A stretch of 64,000 bases of DNA from an uncultured Acidobacteriota bacterium (GCA_963827655.1 CAWHCF010000036.1:192001-256000); one strand, 5' to 3'; positions 25,637-37,553 are shown, counted from the first letter of the stretch. Program-made: numbers and translations. Notes: generated from the letters alone by a model not told the origin.

Positions 25637-25885
25637 CACTCATTAACGGTGCCAGGAAGCCCTGAAGCTTACCGCGCGGGTGTCTTTCAGGACTCGGCTG
25701 AACGCCGGAACCGCTGATCTTCGTATTCGATGGCGCAAAGTAATCCCGTTTCCCCGCCCGCTCGGCGTCCCTGCGGCAGTTCACGAAATAAGGGTATCGT
25801 CACACCCCCGGGACGAGAGGAACCGGAAGTCTCTGGTAAAATGACCGCCGGGCACCGGAAAGGCAAACATGCAAGGTAGAGAAGG

Positions 25886-26596
25886 ATGACAGCCAGACAA
25901 CCGAAGTCGGTTTCGAATTCAGCGCAACTGAGCAGCCGGCTCAAGCAACATCTACTGGCGAAACGCTACAGCCCGGGAGACCGCATCGAGACTGAGACGG
26001 AACTCGCCCGGCGCTTCCAAGTCTCGCGCTCCAAGATACGGGAAGTGACAACCATGCTTCAGCGCCAGGGCCTCTTGAGCCGCAAGCAGCGCGCCGGCAG
26101 CACCATATGCGCTCTCGATCCGAGCACAATCGGTGAAGATCTTGCGTTTCGTTTTCTGTTGGCCGGTCTCGAGGATGCAGGCGCCTGGGAAGCGCGCCGC
26201 GTGATCGAACTCTCGATTCTTCCGCTCGTCGTCCGTCGCTCCACCCCGGCGCAACTGCAGAAGATGGATAAGGCGATCGACAGGATGGAGGCGAGCCTGA
26301 GAAACCCGGATGCAGCCGATCGGGCCGACCGCGACTTTCACCTCGTCGTCCTCCAGGCTTGCGGAAACGAGATTCTGCAGTCGTTAGGAGCCGTGATTCA
26401 CGAACTCTTCAGGGCCACGATCCGGCGGAAGTACTGGAAGGCGGAACTGTTTCGCAAGGCAATCAAGGAACACCGGGCCCTGGTCGAGGCCATCCGCGCC
26501 GAAGACCTGAGCAGGGCTCAGCAAATTCTGGAAGCTCATCTATTAGGCAAGCCGTTCCGCGTGGGGTTGGGTCCACCAGTAAGGAACGGCTCCTGA
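25886..26596 (+). CDS. FadR/GntR-family regulator
   Basis: PGDRIETETELARRFQVSRSKIRE HTH; FCD domain motifs ADRDFH and EHRALVEAI. Confidence 0.9.
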   Translation: MTARQPKSVSNSAQLSSRLKQHLLAKRYSPGDRIETETELARRFQVSRSKIREVTTMLQRQGLLSRKQRAGSTICALDPSTIGEDLAFRFLLAGLEDAGAWEARRVIELSILPLVVRRSTPAQLQKMDKAIDRMEASLRNPDAADRADRDFHLVVLQACGNEILQSLGAVIHELFRATIRRKYWKAELFRKAIKEHRALVEAIRAEDLSRAQQILEAHLLGKPFRVGLGPPVRNGS

Positions 26597-26694
26597 AATC
26601 CTCCGACTCCGGCTGGATCAGCGTAGGCCTTGCCGTGGTTAGCCAGCTCTAGCCACGAAGAAACACTCAAGAGGTTCTTATTGAGGAGCATGTC

Positions 26695-28155
26695 ATGAGA
26701 TCAGTGTTCGTGATCACGTTATGCCTGTCGTTCGCAACCGACGCCGCTTTCGCACAGAGTTCGCGACCCAACTTCGTGCTTGTGCTGGCCGATGACCTGG
26801 GCTACGGAGATCTGGGCTGTTTCGGCTCCAAGGATGTGAAGACACCAAACCTCGACAAGTTCGCAGCCGAAGGAATGCGGTTCACGAGCTCTTACGCCGG
26901 GCACCCGAATTGTTCGCCGTCGCGCACGGCTCTCATGACCGGGCGCACGCCGACCCGGGTAGGAATTCGCAATTGGATTCCCCAGGACTCGCCCGTGCAT
27001 GTGCGACGCAGTGAGGTCACCATCGCCACGCTCTTGAAGAAGGCGGGCTACTCGACCTGCCATGTCGGCAAGTGGCACATGAACGGTGAATTCAATCAGC
27101 CGACGCAGCCGCAGCCGAGCGACCATGGCTTCGAACACTGGTTCTCCACGCAGAACAACGCGCTGCCGAGTCATCGCAACCCGGACAACTTTGTGCGCAA
27201 CGGAAAGCCCGTCGGCAAGCAGAATGGTTACTCCAGTCACCTGGTCGTCGATGAAGCCGCGCGCTGGCTCTCGCAGGGACGGGACAAAGCCAAGCCCTTC
27301 TTCCTCTACGTCTGCTTCCACGAACCACACGAGCCGATTGCATCGGACGACAAGTATGCGCGGCTGTATCCTGGGAACGATCCCAGCTACACGGCTCATC
27401 ACGCCAACATCACGCAAATGGACGACGCCTTCGGCCGCCTGATGCAAACGCTTGACGAGCAAGGCTTGCGAGACAACACCCTCGTCCTTTTCACCAGCGA
27501 TAACGGTCCGGCGATCACCGCGCAGCATCCGCATGGCTCGGCCGGACCGCTGCGCGACAAGAAGGGTTCGGTTTACGAGGGCGGCATCCGTGTGCCCGGT
27601 CTTCTGCGTTGGCCGGGAAAGACAAAGACGGGTAGCGTGTCGGATGAACCGATCTCCGGCGTAGATTTCCTGCCGACCGTTTGTGCCATAACCGGCATCG
27701 AACCACCCCGCGATCGAGTGCTCGACGGCGCGAGCTTTCTTCCCGTACTGTCTGGTGGAACGGTGCTGCGCGCGACGCCGCTTTACTGGCATTTCAACCG
27801 CGCGTTCGGCGATCCCAGGGTGGCCATGCGAATCGGCGATTGGAAAATTCTCGCGACGCTCGACAGGAATCCCGCGCCGCCTCCCAACGACTTGACCGAA
27901 GCGGAAGAGAGAAACTTCAAAGAAGCCAAGCTCGACAAATTCTCGCTTTATAATCTGCGCAGCGATATCGGCGAAACGCGCGACCTTGCCGCAGAACAGC
28001 CCGAGAAGTTCGCGGAGTTGAAGTCGCAGCTCGAAAAGAAGTACCTCGAGGTGCGCGCGGAGTCGCCGACGTGGCCCGCGTGGAAGTTCACGAATACCGA
28101 AGGAAAGCGCATCGAGTGGCCCGACTACGTGAAGAAGAATCGCGCGCCGCGGTAG
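26695..28155 (+). CDS. Secreted sulfatase
   Basis: GAGGAG RBS, signal peptide, PNFVLVLADDLG, CSPSR, GKWH, SDNG, YEGGIRVP. Confidence 0.94.
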   Translation: MRSVFVITLCLSFATDAAFAQSSRPNFVLVLADDLGYGDLGCFGSKDVKTPNLDKFAAEGMRFTSSYAGHPNCSPSRTALMTGRTPTRVGIRNWIPQDSPVHVRRSEVTIATLLKKAGYSTCHVGKWHMNGEFNQPTQPQPSDHGFEHWFSTQNNALPSHRNPDNFVRNGKPVGKQNGYSSHLVVDEAARWLSQGRDKAKPFFLYVCFHEPHEPIASDDKYARLYPGNDPSYTAHHANITQMDDAFGRLMQTLDEQGLRDNTLVLFTSDNGPAITAQHPHGSAGPLRDKKGSVYEGGIRVPGLLRWPGKTKTGSVSDEPISGVDFLPTVCAITGIEPPRDRVLDGASFLPVLSGGTVLRATPLYWHFNRAFGDPRVAMRIGDWKILATLDRNPAPPPNDLTEAEERNFKEAKLDKFSLYNLRSDIGETRDLAAEQPEKFAELKSQLEKKYLEVRAESPTWPAWKFTNTEGKRIEWPDYVKKNRAPR

Positions 28156-31100
28156 CCTTTCTCGCGCGACCCGCGGTATTGTTTTTGGTGTTTCTTGGCG
28201 TCTTGGTGTCTTCGTGGTTAGCGTTGCGAAACAATACCACGAGGGCACAAAGACCCGGAGAAACACCAAGTGCTGGCGCGCAAACTGAGCGCGCGCTCAG
28301 TTTCAAAATCACCTTCGGCCTCAAACAAAAACTTCACGGCCGCGTGTGGACCGGCGTGCTCCGCAACCCTGCGCAGATTCGCTCCGTGCGCGGCTGGCAT
28401 CTCGATGTCAGCGACTCCATCACGCTCCCGGACCGATGGAATCTCTCTCTGCGCACGGTGGGAGGCGAGACGCCGTCCAAGGCTGTCATTCTTGACGTGC
28501 TCAGCCCGCCCGAACAGCCGGTCGTCATCTACACGCGCGAAGGCGACATTTCCTTTACCCCGGCAAAAGTGCCGTACGGAGTCACTCACTACATCCCGGA
28601 GTCAAACGGCGATATCTCGGTGGAGCGCGTGCCGGCTCCTCAGATCGTTTCAAGTCCGGAATTCGAGGACGACGATCCGGCGCTGCTCAGAACGCGTGCC
28701 GGCGAGTACTGGATGGCGTGGGTCGCGTACAAGACGATCTCCCGCTCCGGCGACTACATCGACGGTGGCGACCAGATCTTTGTGGCGCGCAGCCGCGACG
28801 CCCGGGCATGGCCGGCGAATCCCGAATCAAAACCGCTGACCCAGCCCGGAGACCATTTCCGTGTCGCGCTGGCCGAGGACGGGCGGGGCTTCATCTGGTG
28901 TGTCTACTCGAGGCAGCGCCAGATCGAGAGCGGCAATTTCGATCTCTACGCGCGTGTGTTCGACGGAACCGACTGGTCCGCCGAGCAGCAGTTGACTACC
29001 GATCCGCGCCCGGACGTTTTTCACCGGCTTGCCTCGGACCGCGACGGAAATCTGTACCTTGTCTGGATGGGGTTCCGCCCGTCTTCCGGTGGCCTGGCGC
29101 AGAGCGAGGTCCTGATGCGAGTTCGCAGCCGCGACCGCTGGAGTGACGAAATCAACGTCAGCAGTTCGCCCGAGGACGACTGGGAGCCGGCTCTTTCAGT
29201 CGACAACGCAGGTCGTGCCTGGATCGCATGGGATTCCTATCGCGGAGCGGCGGCTGCCGGCGGTTACGACATTCTGTTGCGCCACTACGCGGGCGGCAGC
29301 TTGGGGCCCGTGCGTACGGTTTCGGCTACGCCGTTCGCCGAGATGCGCGCCGATGTCGCCGTCGACGGTTCCGGCCGCGTCTGGATCGCGTGGGAAGAAG
29401 GCGGCGTGAATTGGGGCAAGGATACCGGTTACCAGAATCCGAAGCATCGAATCCATCTACGTCCCGGAGGCTCGGCAATTTACGGTCCGGCGAATTCACC
29501 CACCGCCCTCTACCGGCGGCCGCGAGTGGCGGTTCTCGACGGGGAACAGCTCAAGCAGCCGATCGCCGAGTTTCACAAGTCGTATCCGGGATCACTTCAG
29601 GGCAATCTGTTTCAGAATCCGCGGCTCGGAGCCGACGCCAGCGGCCGTATCTGGGTCTTTCTGCGCCACCAGCTGGCCGCCCGCGGCAGAAACACAGGAC
29701 ACCTCTTCGACTTCTACGCAACCACGCTGCGAGGGCAGGGCGCCAGTCAGAGCTGGATGAGCCCCGCTCTGTTGCCGGCCACCACGGGGCGGCAGGATAC
29801 GACCATTGCCATGGCGCCCGGTTCGGCGAACCAGCTGGTCGTGGCGGCGGTTGGAGACGGACGCCTCCTTCCTGTACCGCTTCCCATTAACCATGAAGTC
29901 GCGACCATGGCGCTGGACGCGGCCGGCTTCGAACCCATCAATCCCGAGCTGAAGCCGTTCGAGCCCAGTCCGGCGGGACAGTTCCCCATCACCCATCCAG
30001 ACGAAACCGCCCAGGTGGCGCAGGTTCGCAACCACCGCCTTCGTCTCGGAGCGAGCACGTACAAGATCGTGCGGGGAGATGTTCATCGTCATAGCGCGAT
30101 CTCGATGGATGGCGCAATCGACGGCAGTCTGTGGGACCTGTATCGATACGCTTTGAATGCCGCGTCGTTCGACTTCATCGCCGTGACCGACCACAACTAT
30201 GGGGCGTGGCTGGACACCGACGAACCCGAATCGAAGAATACGGACGACGTTTATCAGTGGTGGCGGACACAGAAGTCAGCGGACATCTTTCATGTTCCCG
30301 GCCGCTTCGTCCCGCTCTATGGTTACGAGCGATCGGTCAACTTCCCGCTCGGGCACCGGAATATCTTTCATGTGCGTCGCGGGATCTTCAGTTACCGCGT
30401 TCCCAAACTCCACATCGCCGAGCGTGCCGACCTGATCACTAAGGACGCGCAGGGTCTGTGGGCGTACTTGCGCGCGACGGACGGGGTCGCGTTGCCTCAT
30501 ACCTCGGGCACGACCATGGGAACGGACTGGAGCCTCCGCGACGACGCGCTGGAACCGGTGACCGAGATCTACCAGGGCGACCGCAATTCGTATGAAGAGG
30601 AAGGCGCCCCGCGCGCCGCTCTAAGTAACAATTTCGGTCTCGGTGCAGCGGGCCGCTCGCCTTTTCAAAAAGGACTGGTCTGGAATGCGCTCGGCGCGGG
30701 CTACAGAATGGGCTTCGTGGCTTCCAGCGATCATTTCTCGACGCACATTTCTTACGCGAACCTTCTGGTGCCGGACCGCGTTACGACGCGCGCAGATATC
30801 CAGCAGGCGTTCCGCCGGCGCCACACGTATGCCTCGACCGATAACATCGTCGTCGATTTTTACGCCGGCGAAACGTTGCAAGGAGGAGACCTGGAGGCGG
30901 CGGCAAGTCCGACGTTCCATGTGGCCGTGCGAGGAACCGAACCGATCCTGCGTGTCGAACTGATCAAGAACAACCGGCTGATTTACACGAGAGGCCCGGA
31001 GCCGGGTGCTCTGGACGCGCGCGTGGTCACCTTCTCGTTCCGCGACAGCGCGGAATTCGGCGGCGCCTTCAATGACACGACGATGCACGCGTCGTCGCAG

Positions 31101-31260
31101 ATCAAGGACTGGAGCCATCCAGAAACCGGAATTCGGCCGCGCCCGGCCGTGGCCGAATCCTATTACTATGTGCGTGTTGTTCAGAGCTTCAGCCGTCGAG
31201 AAACCGGCGCTCGAGGGGGAGATCGGCTGGTCGTCACCGATCTTTGTGCGGCGCAAATAG
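28071..31260 (+). CDS. Large secreted protein: beta-propeller-like region plus C-terminal PHP-like (DUF3604/CehA-McbA-like) metallohydrolase
   Basis: Repeated D-x-x-G-x-x-W-x-x-W blades, GDVHRHS, TDHN, PH, EIYQG, GFVASSDH; AWSSP-type end (IGWSSPIFVRRK) reached by a frameshift near 31195. Start uncertain (GTG 28071 or TTG 28179). Confidence 0.75.
28185..28269. repeat. Palindromic TTGGTGTTTCT...AGAAACACCAA element, copy 1
   Basis: Near-identical copy at 52353-52439; half copies near 13689, 31285 and 38512. Confidence 0.8.
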
Positions 31261-31337
31261 GCAGCTTCGTGTTCTTATCAAATGACCACTGAAGACTCCA
31301 GAGACACGAAGAAACACCAGGATGATTCCAGAGGCGT

Positions 31338-32447
31338 TCACCGATCCCGAGCGTCATGGGCGATCCTGCCGGTGATCTCACCGCTTCCATCGACCATGAG
31401 GGCGTGAGGGTACTTCACTGTCGTCGTGCAGGCATGACCCGGAACCGCCAGTACAAAGTCGCCCACGGCCAGGCTCGCGCCGTTCAGCCTTAACACGCCG
31501 TGTTCCTCGCTCTGCGCGATCAGTTCCACCGCCTCGTGGCCGACGACCTTGAAACGCTGCGCCACTCCCACGTCGTCACTGACAGCCTTCGCCCCGATGT
31601 CGACCGTGACGGTGTCCTGGGCGGCGTTGCAGTCGACAACCTGGCCGAGCACGAGGGCGGCTGGCTTGAAGGGAAGCTCCGCCATGGCGGCATTACGGTG
31701 GTCCCAGTAGATCCAGGTGCCAGGCGAAAGCCGCAGCTTGCTGTCTCGCGGGTAGAGATGGAAGGACCAGGAGTTGCCCACGATATTGTCGAAGATCTCG
31801 AGACCGAGCCGGCGGGCGCGCTCCCAGAGGTCGACCATGTGGCCGAAGCTCTCGTCGACCAGGGCCTGCCGCCGTTCGATCTCCGGTATGAAACCGGTGT
31901 GACCGTCGAAAACATGGACTCCGAGCGGGCGTATCCCCTGTGTCCGAGCCGCGGCAGCGTAGAGCCGAACCGCTTCGTCCCCGGGCGCCACGCCGGTTCG
32001 ATGCATCCCGGTATCGATGTCGATGTAGACGCCGATACACGCGCCGCACCCGCGGGCGGCCTCGGAGAGAAGCTCCAGGTGCTCGGGCCGGCTGACGATG
32101 ATCCTCAGCTCGAGCTCTCGATGTCGCTTCTGGAGGTCCAGGAGGCGGCGCATCTTGGCAGGATGAACCAACGGGTAGGCCAGAATGATCTGCCGCGCGC
32201 CGCTTGCGGCCAGGACCTCGGCCTCTTTCAGGGTTGCGCACTTGTAGCACGCGATACCCGCCGCAAGCGTACGCTGCAAGATGGCGGCCGATTTGTGGGT
32301 CTTGAAGTGGGGCACCAGGCGTTCGGGCGATCCGCACAGTTCGATCGCGCTGGCGAGATTGTGCTCGAGAGCCGGTTGGAAGACGAGCATTGCCGGGGTT
32401 TCGATCGCCTCCGGCTCTTTCAGGCGGTAGTCACGGATTTCGAGCAC
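31338..32447 (-). CDS. D-threonine aldolase / D-serine dehydratase-like PLP enzyme (alanine racemase fold)
   Basis: ETPA, PHFKTHK PLP lysine, CATLKEAE, DTGMHRTG, SEEHG, PGHAC. Confidence 0.88.
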   Translation of the reverse strand: MLEIRDYRLKEPEAIETPAMLVFQPALEHNLASAIELCGSPERLVPHFKTHKSAAILQRTLAAGIACYKCATLKEAEVLAASGARQIILAYPLVHPAKMRRLLDLQKRHRELELRIIVSRPEHLELLSEAARGCGACIGVYIDIDTGMHRTGVAPGDEAVRLYAAAARTQGIRPLGVHVFDGHTGFIPEIERRQALVDESFGHMVDLWERARRLGLEIFDNIVGNSWSFHLYPRDSKLRLSPGTWIYWDHRNAAMAELPFKPAALVLGQVVDCNAAQDTVTVDIGAKAVSDDVGVAQRFKVVGHEAVELIAQSEEHGVLRLNGASLAVGDFVLAVPGHACTTTVKYPHALMVDGSGEITGRIAHDARDR

Positions 32448-32521
32448 CGATTCCTCCGTAAAGACGACCCTGTGGCAAGCCGGGTCGCCGCAAGACCTCC
32501 CGCCGTAGCCATTTCAGCGGC

Positions 32522-33328
32522 CTAGAAGGTTGGAGGCGTGTTGACCCACAGCAATACAGTTTCCCGATTGCTCAGATTCTCCCAGCGGTGTGTATGCGTG
32601 CTTTCGAAATAGAGACTGTCGCCGGTCTCGAGCACGTAGCGCTTGACTTCGTCCAGCCACATCTCCAAGGAACCCTGAATCACGTAGATAAATTCTTCTC
32701 CCTCGTGATGGTACGAACCCCCGCTGCTCGCCCCCGGCGCAATTCGATAGAGGTGGGGCTCCATCACGGGCGTGCCGAACGCGAGCAGCTCCATCTGCAC
32801 GCCGGGATAGGGCTGCAGCACCTTGCGATCGCGCGGACGGACCAGCTGGCGCCCACCGTCTCCATCGCCGAAGAAGGAGAGCACGTTTGTTCCGTAGAGG
32901 TGCGTTAGTTTCTGCAGCGTGGCGACCGACGGATTAGCCTGCCCTCTCTCGACAGCGCTCAGCAAACTCGCGGAAATACCCACCGTGTGCGCCGCAGCCG
33001 TCAAGGTCAGCTTCTGATGGTGACGGAGCCGCCGCAAACGGGCGGCAATGCCCTCCGATTTATTGCTCGACGCCGGCTTCACGCGCGCGCCACGTCGCGT
33101 TGTCCGCATCAGGTGGAGGATGGCGCGCGGGTTCAGCTGTTCGACATGACGCAGGCGCTTGATACGCTTGGCCTCGTTGAGCAGCGCGGGGGAGTAAAGT
33201 CGATACCGTCCCTTGCTCCGAATCGGCGCGATCAGCCCTATCGCCTCCCAATTGCGCAGCGACGACGCGCTCACGCCCAGAATCCTTGCAGCTTTGCCGA
33301 TGCTCAGATAGAGCTCTTTCCTGCTCAT
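32522..33328 (-). CDS. MerR-HTH + XRE-HTH + cupin transcriptional regulator
   Basis: LSIGKAARILGVSASSLRNWE...GRYRLY, then LLSAVERGQANPS, then HEGEEFIYV...GDSLYFES..HRW. Confidence 0.88.
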   Translation of the reverse strand: MSRKELYLSIGKAARILGVSASSLRNWEAIGLIAPIRSKGRYRLYSPALLNEAKRIKRLRHVEQLNPRAILHLMRTTRRGARVKPASSNKSEGIAARLRRLRHHQKLTLTAAAHTVGISASLLSAVERGQANPSVATLQKLTHLYGTNVLSFFGDGDGGRQLVRPRDRKVLQPYPGVQMELLAFGTPVMEPHLYRIAPGASSGGSYHHEGEEFIYVIQGSLEMWLDEVKRYVLETGDSLYFESTHTHRWENLSNRETVLLWVNTPPTF

Positions 33329-33564
33329 CCAAAAAACCTCAGCGCGACACTGAATGCCGGGCACAATTATAGTCGCCAAGCGGGACAACCCGCAACGTGG
33401 TGGACAAAAGGAAACGGATCACTCCCGCGATGATCGTGACGCTCACCATGTTCTTCGGCACGAACTGGTCATCGGTCGATTAGCCATGTCTTAGTCGTTT
33501 ATGTCGTGGCAAGCGCTTCGCGATCGTCTCGAGCCAGACCAGGTCGTAGTACAACTAATGAACA

Positions 33565-33640
33565 TGACAGATGACAAATGAGAAATGACCAATGAAAGCG
33601 TCCCGTGTCAGTGTCTTATTGGTCATTTGTCATTCGTCAT
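33565..33640. repeat. ATGAC(A/C)A heptamer-based inverted repeat
   Basis: ATGACAGATGACAAATGAGAAATGACCAATG ... ATTGGTCATTTGTCATTCGTCAT; same family at 54606-54785. Confidence 0.7.
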
Positions 33641-33904
33641 ACCGTGCGGAAGCGGCCCTGCGTTCAGTGTTGACAGACTCCACCGAAAATCTGTAAGGTT
33701 ATCGAAAATCCCAAGCGGGGGTTCCAGCCGACACAAATACATCAAGCACGAAAGAAGGAACCAGCTTTCATGGTGAGCAGGGCAGCCTGGTCCAGCAGCC
33801 TTGGGAAGACATAGCGCAAGCGTTTGCCGGGTAGTACAGGACGCGCCGGCGTCGTGGGTTGATAATTCATTTCTGGCCGATATCCGTCGTGGGAGGATCG
33901 GAAC

Positions 33905-36900
33905 ATGGTGGCAAACAACTCTTTCAGACTGGCCCAGAGGCAAGTTCGCCTGGTCGTTCTCAGAATCGTCTTTCTCTCGCTGTCCATACTGCTGATTCCG
34001 CTACCCGGTCGCTCCCTGTACGCCCAGACCGCCACCACCGGCGCTCTTTCGGGAACCGTGCGGGATGCTTCTGGAGCCTTCGTTGCAGGCGCGATGGTGA
34101 AAATCGTGAATCTGGGCAGCGGCGAAGAACGGAATCTCGTCACGGATGGAAAAGGGCGGCTATGCGGTCGGATTCCTCCCTCCGGGCCAGTACCGGATCG
34201 AGATCTCACAAGCGGGGTTCAAGACCGTCGTCCGGGAACCGGTCACCGTTCGGGTCACGGAGTGGGCGCGTAGCAGACGCTCTCCTCGACGTCGCGCAGC
34301 AGCGTGAGAGCGTAACGGTCACGTCCGAGGCCGAAATCCTGCAGACCGGTACCACGGCACTGGGTCGCGTCGTGGACTCCCAGTTGATTACCGAGCTTCC
34401 GCTGGTCACACGCAACTTCACCCAGCTCACGGCCCTGTCGCCAGGCAGTTCCATCAGCCTTCCGGACAGCTCGGCGCTGGGGAACGGCAGTCAGAACGTT
34501 TACACCAATGGCGCCTATCAACTGAGCAACAGCTACCTGATCAACGGCATCGATGCGACCAACGTCACTGTCCAACGCGGCCACGAACGTCGGAAATAAC
34601 ACGGGAGTTGCCGTCCCCTCCGTCGACAGCATTCAGGAGTTCAAGTCCCAGACGTCGCTCTACGATGCGTCTTTCGGACGCAACGGCGGGGCCAACATCA
34701 GTATCATAACCAAATCGGGCACCTCGGAATTCCACGGCAACGTCTACGAGTTCTTTCGAAACGAAGCGCTCAATGCCAATCACTTTTTCTTCAACAGTCT
34801 CGGGCGGCCTCGACCCGTCCTGCGCCAGAACCAGTTCGGGGGGACGCTGGGAGGTCCCGTCGTCAAGGACCGGACTTTCTTCTTCGTCTCCTATGAGGGC
34901 GCGCGCCAGTTCAACGGCGCGAGTCTCACGACCACCAGTCAGCTGGTGCTGCCTCCGATTCCTCAGGACCGCAGCGCGTCGAGCCTGGGCGCCGTTTTCG
35001 GCGGCCAGCGAGGCGCTCTCGGCGGCCTTGCCATCGCCTCTGACGGCTCGAACATCCATCCGGTCGCTTTGAAGCTCCTCAACGTGAAGTTGCAGAACGG
35101 GGAGTTTCTGATCCCGAGTCCCCAGCGTTCCGGTGCCGGTACGAATTATGCTGTTTCGGTTCCGGCCACGTATCGGCAGGATCAGTTCAACGTCAACCTC
35201 GACCATCAGATTCACAAGAACAACCGCCTGGCAGGCAAATACTTCTTCTCTGACGCGCCTCGCGACGAGGAGTTCGCCCAGTCCAACATCCCGGGCTTCG
35301 CCGACCACACGGAGGCCGGAAACCAGAATCTCTCCTTGATCGACACGCACATTTTCGGCGCCGCCTCGCTCAACGAAGCCCGGTTGGGCTATACGCGCTT
35401 CTTTGGCCTTAACTCAACCGATACAGTCGTCACGAGCGAGGAGGTGGGGATGTTCCGTACCAATGAGAAAGACATGCCCGGCCTCCCCCTGATCAATGTC
35501 ACGGGCTCACTGCGATTCGGCAGTACCGGAAACCAGTCGGTGCCCGTGACCAATACCTTCGTCTTCGCCGACACCTATTCGTTCAGCCTCGCCGCCAAGG
35601 GGCGCCATGATCTCCGGGTCGGCACGGAAACCCGCCGGATGCAGATCAATCAGGATATCTTGAATACGGTCCAGAATATGACCTTTCAGTCATTCCCCGA
35701 TTTTTTGATCGGTCGTTCCGGCGGCCCGATCGAAATGGGCGGCAACGGCACCACGTCCAGTAACATCTTTTCCACGAGTTCGGGCAACGGCATCATCTAC
35801 CGCGCCATGCGCCAGACGGACCAGTCGCTGTTCATAGCCGACGACTGGAAGATCCATCCCAGACTCACTCTCAATATGGGCCTTCGCTGGGAGTTCCTGG
35901 GCAACCCGTGGGACCAGGATGGCCGGAATACCAACTTCGACCCCCGTCTTTACAAGGTACCTCCTCCGGGCGGGCTCAGCTCCGCGGGATTCGTGCAGCC
36001 CGAGGGAACCCAGTTTCCCATTGCCGGCATTCCCCAGGTCAGCAGGACCTTTCTTGACTCGGAGGACTGGAACAACTGGGCTCCCCGCTTTGGCTTCGCG
36101 CTGCGTCCCTGGTTAGACCGCCCCGTCGTCCTGCGCGGAGGATACGGTGTTTTTTACGACCGGAAGAACTCTCGTACGATCATTCAGGAGACGGGCCAGG
36201 GTCAGCCCCCTTTCTTCAGGCGCATCATTCTTACGGGCCCTACTAATGCCGAATCTCGCCTGGACAATCCCTTTCCTGTTTTGCCCGCGCTGACGGATTT
36301 TCCGATTTCACTGAACATCATCCCGGGCCCGATTAACGGTACCTTCAGGGACGCTTTGCTGGGAATCGGCTTCATCGATGCGTTCAACCGGACCCCTTAC
36401 CTCCAGCATTACAACTTGAATATCCAGTACGAGCTTTCCGGCAACTTCTTGCTGGAGGTGGGCTACGCCGGCTCGAAGGGGACGAAACTGTACACGACCG
36501 AGGTGTTCGGAGCCCCGCTTGCCAGCCCGGAGCGTCCGCTCAACGACATCACGACCAACTCTCCCGCCAACGCATCGCTCAGAATGCCTCTCCTGGGCAC
36601 GACGCCGGGGATCTTCTGGACCAACCAGAACTCGGCCACATCCAACTACAACTCTCTGCAGTCCAGCCTGACCAAGCGGTTTGGTGGCGGGCTCTATTTT
36701 CTGGCCTCCTATACTTATTCGAAGACGCTGGGAACGGTCGACACCGGGGGCGACAGTTTCGTCGGCGCCGTCAACAGCGCGGCGCAGGACCACAGCGACA
36801 TCCGCGGGACAGGCTACGGCCCCACGCTCTTCGATCGGACCCACCGGTTGGTGGCCAGCTACGTTTACCAGCTTCCCTTCCTGGATGGGAACTCGGTTCG

Positions 36901-37429
36901 CGACCGAATTCTTGGAGGTTGGCAAGTCGCCGGCATCGTGACCTTTCAGTCCGGCACCCCGTACAGTGTGTTCGACACACTGGGCGCAAGTCTGTACGCC
37001 ATGCGCACTGGAAGGGCGAGTTACGCTCCCGGGGCGAGCCTCGAGACAGCCGAATTGTCCGGCTCGGTGAACTCGCGCCTGAACCGGTACTTCAACACGG
37101 CCGCGTTCGTGCGCGCGCCCACAATCCCCGCCGGCGGGACCACGCCTGACGGCTTTCCCGTTTTAGCCGCGGGTACCATATTCGGGAATACGGGCCGGAA
37201 CATTCTGCGGGGACCGGGTCAAGGCAATTTTGACGTGTCGGTCTCCAAGAGAGTTTCGTTGCGGGAGAAGCAGTATCTCGAATTGCGCGGGGAATTCTTC
37301 AACGTGTTCAACAACGTGAATTTCGCCAACCCCGCCTCGAATGTCGGCGCCCCTGCCAGCTTTGGAGTGATCAGTGCCACGACGACTTCGCCGCGGGTAG
37401 TTCAGCTGGCGATCAAGTTCCAGTTCTGA
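33905..37429 (+). CDS. Oar-like TonB-dependent receptor with carboxypeptidase-regulatory-like N-domain (copy 1), 5' frameshifts
   Basis: GALSGTVRDASGA, ELPLVTRNFTQL, VDSIQEFK, YEFFRNEALNANHFF, NWAPRFGFA, C-terminal QLAIKFQF; frame changes ~34160-34570. Confidence 0.9.
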
Positions 37430-37441
37430 GAGACTGGAAAA

Positions 37442-37476
37442 AGCAGTCAGCAGTCAGCAGTCAGCAGTCAGCGGTC
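37442..37476. repeat. Heptamer tandem repeat (AGCAGTC)x4 plus AGCGGTC
   Basis: Read directly, just after the receptor stop codon. Confidence 0.85.
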
Positions 37477-37553
37477 TGCAGGTCATCACGCCTGCGTTTG
37501 CGCAACGCAAGCTACCGACGGCGCGAAAATGGATCGACAACGGCAGGTGTTCG

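Noticed and set aside
26719-28269. Long antisense ORFs (also 24318-25373, 31500-32525, 38401-39576, 49426-50481)
   Set aside because: Shadow frames of well-supported genes, typical of high-GC codon usage.
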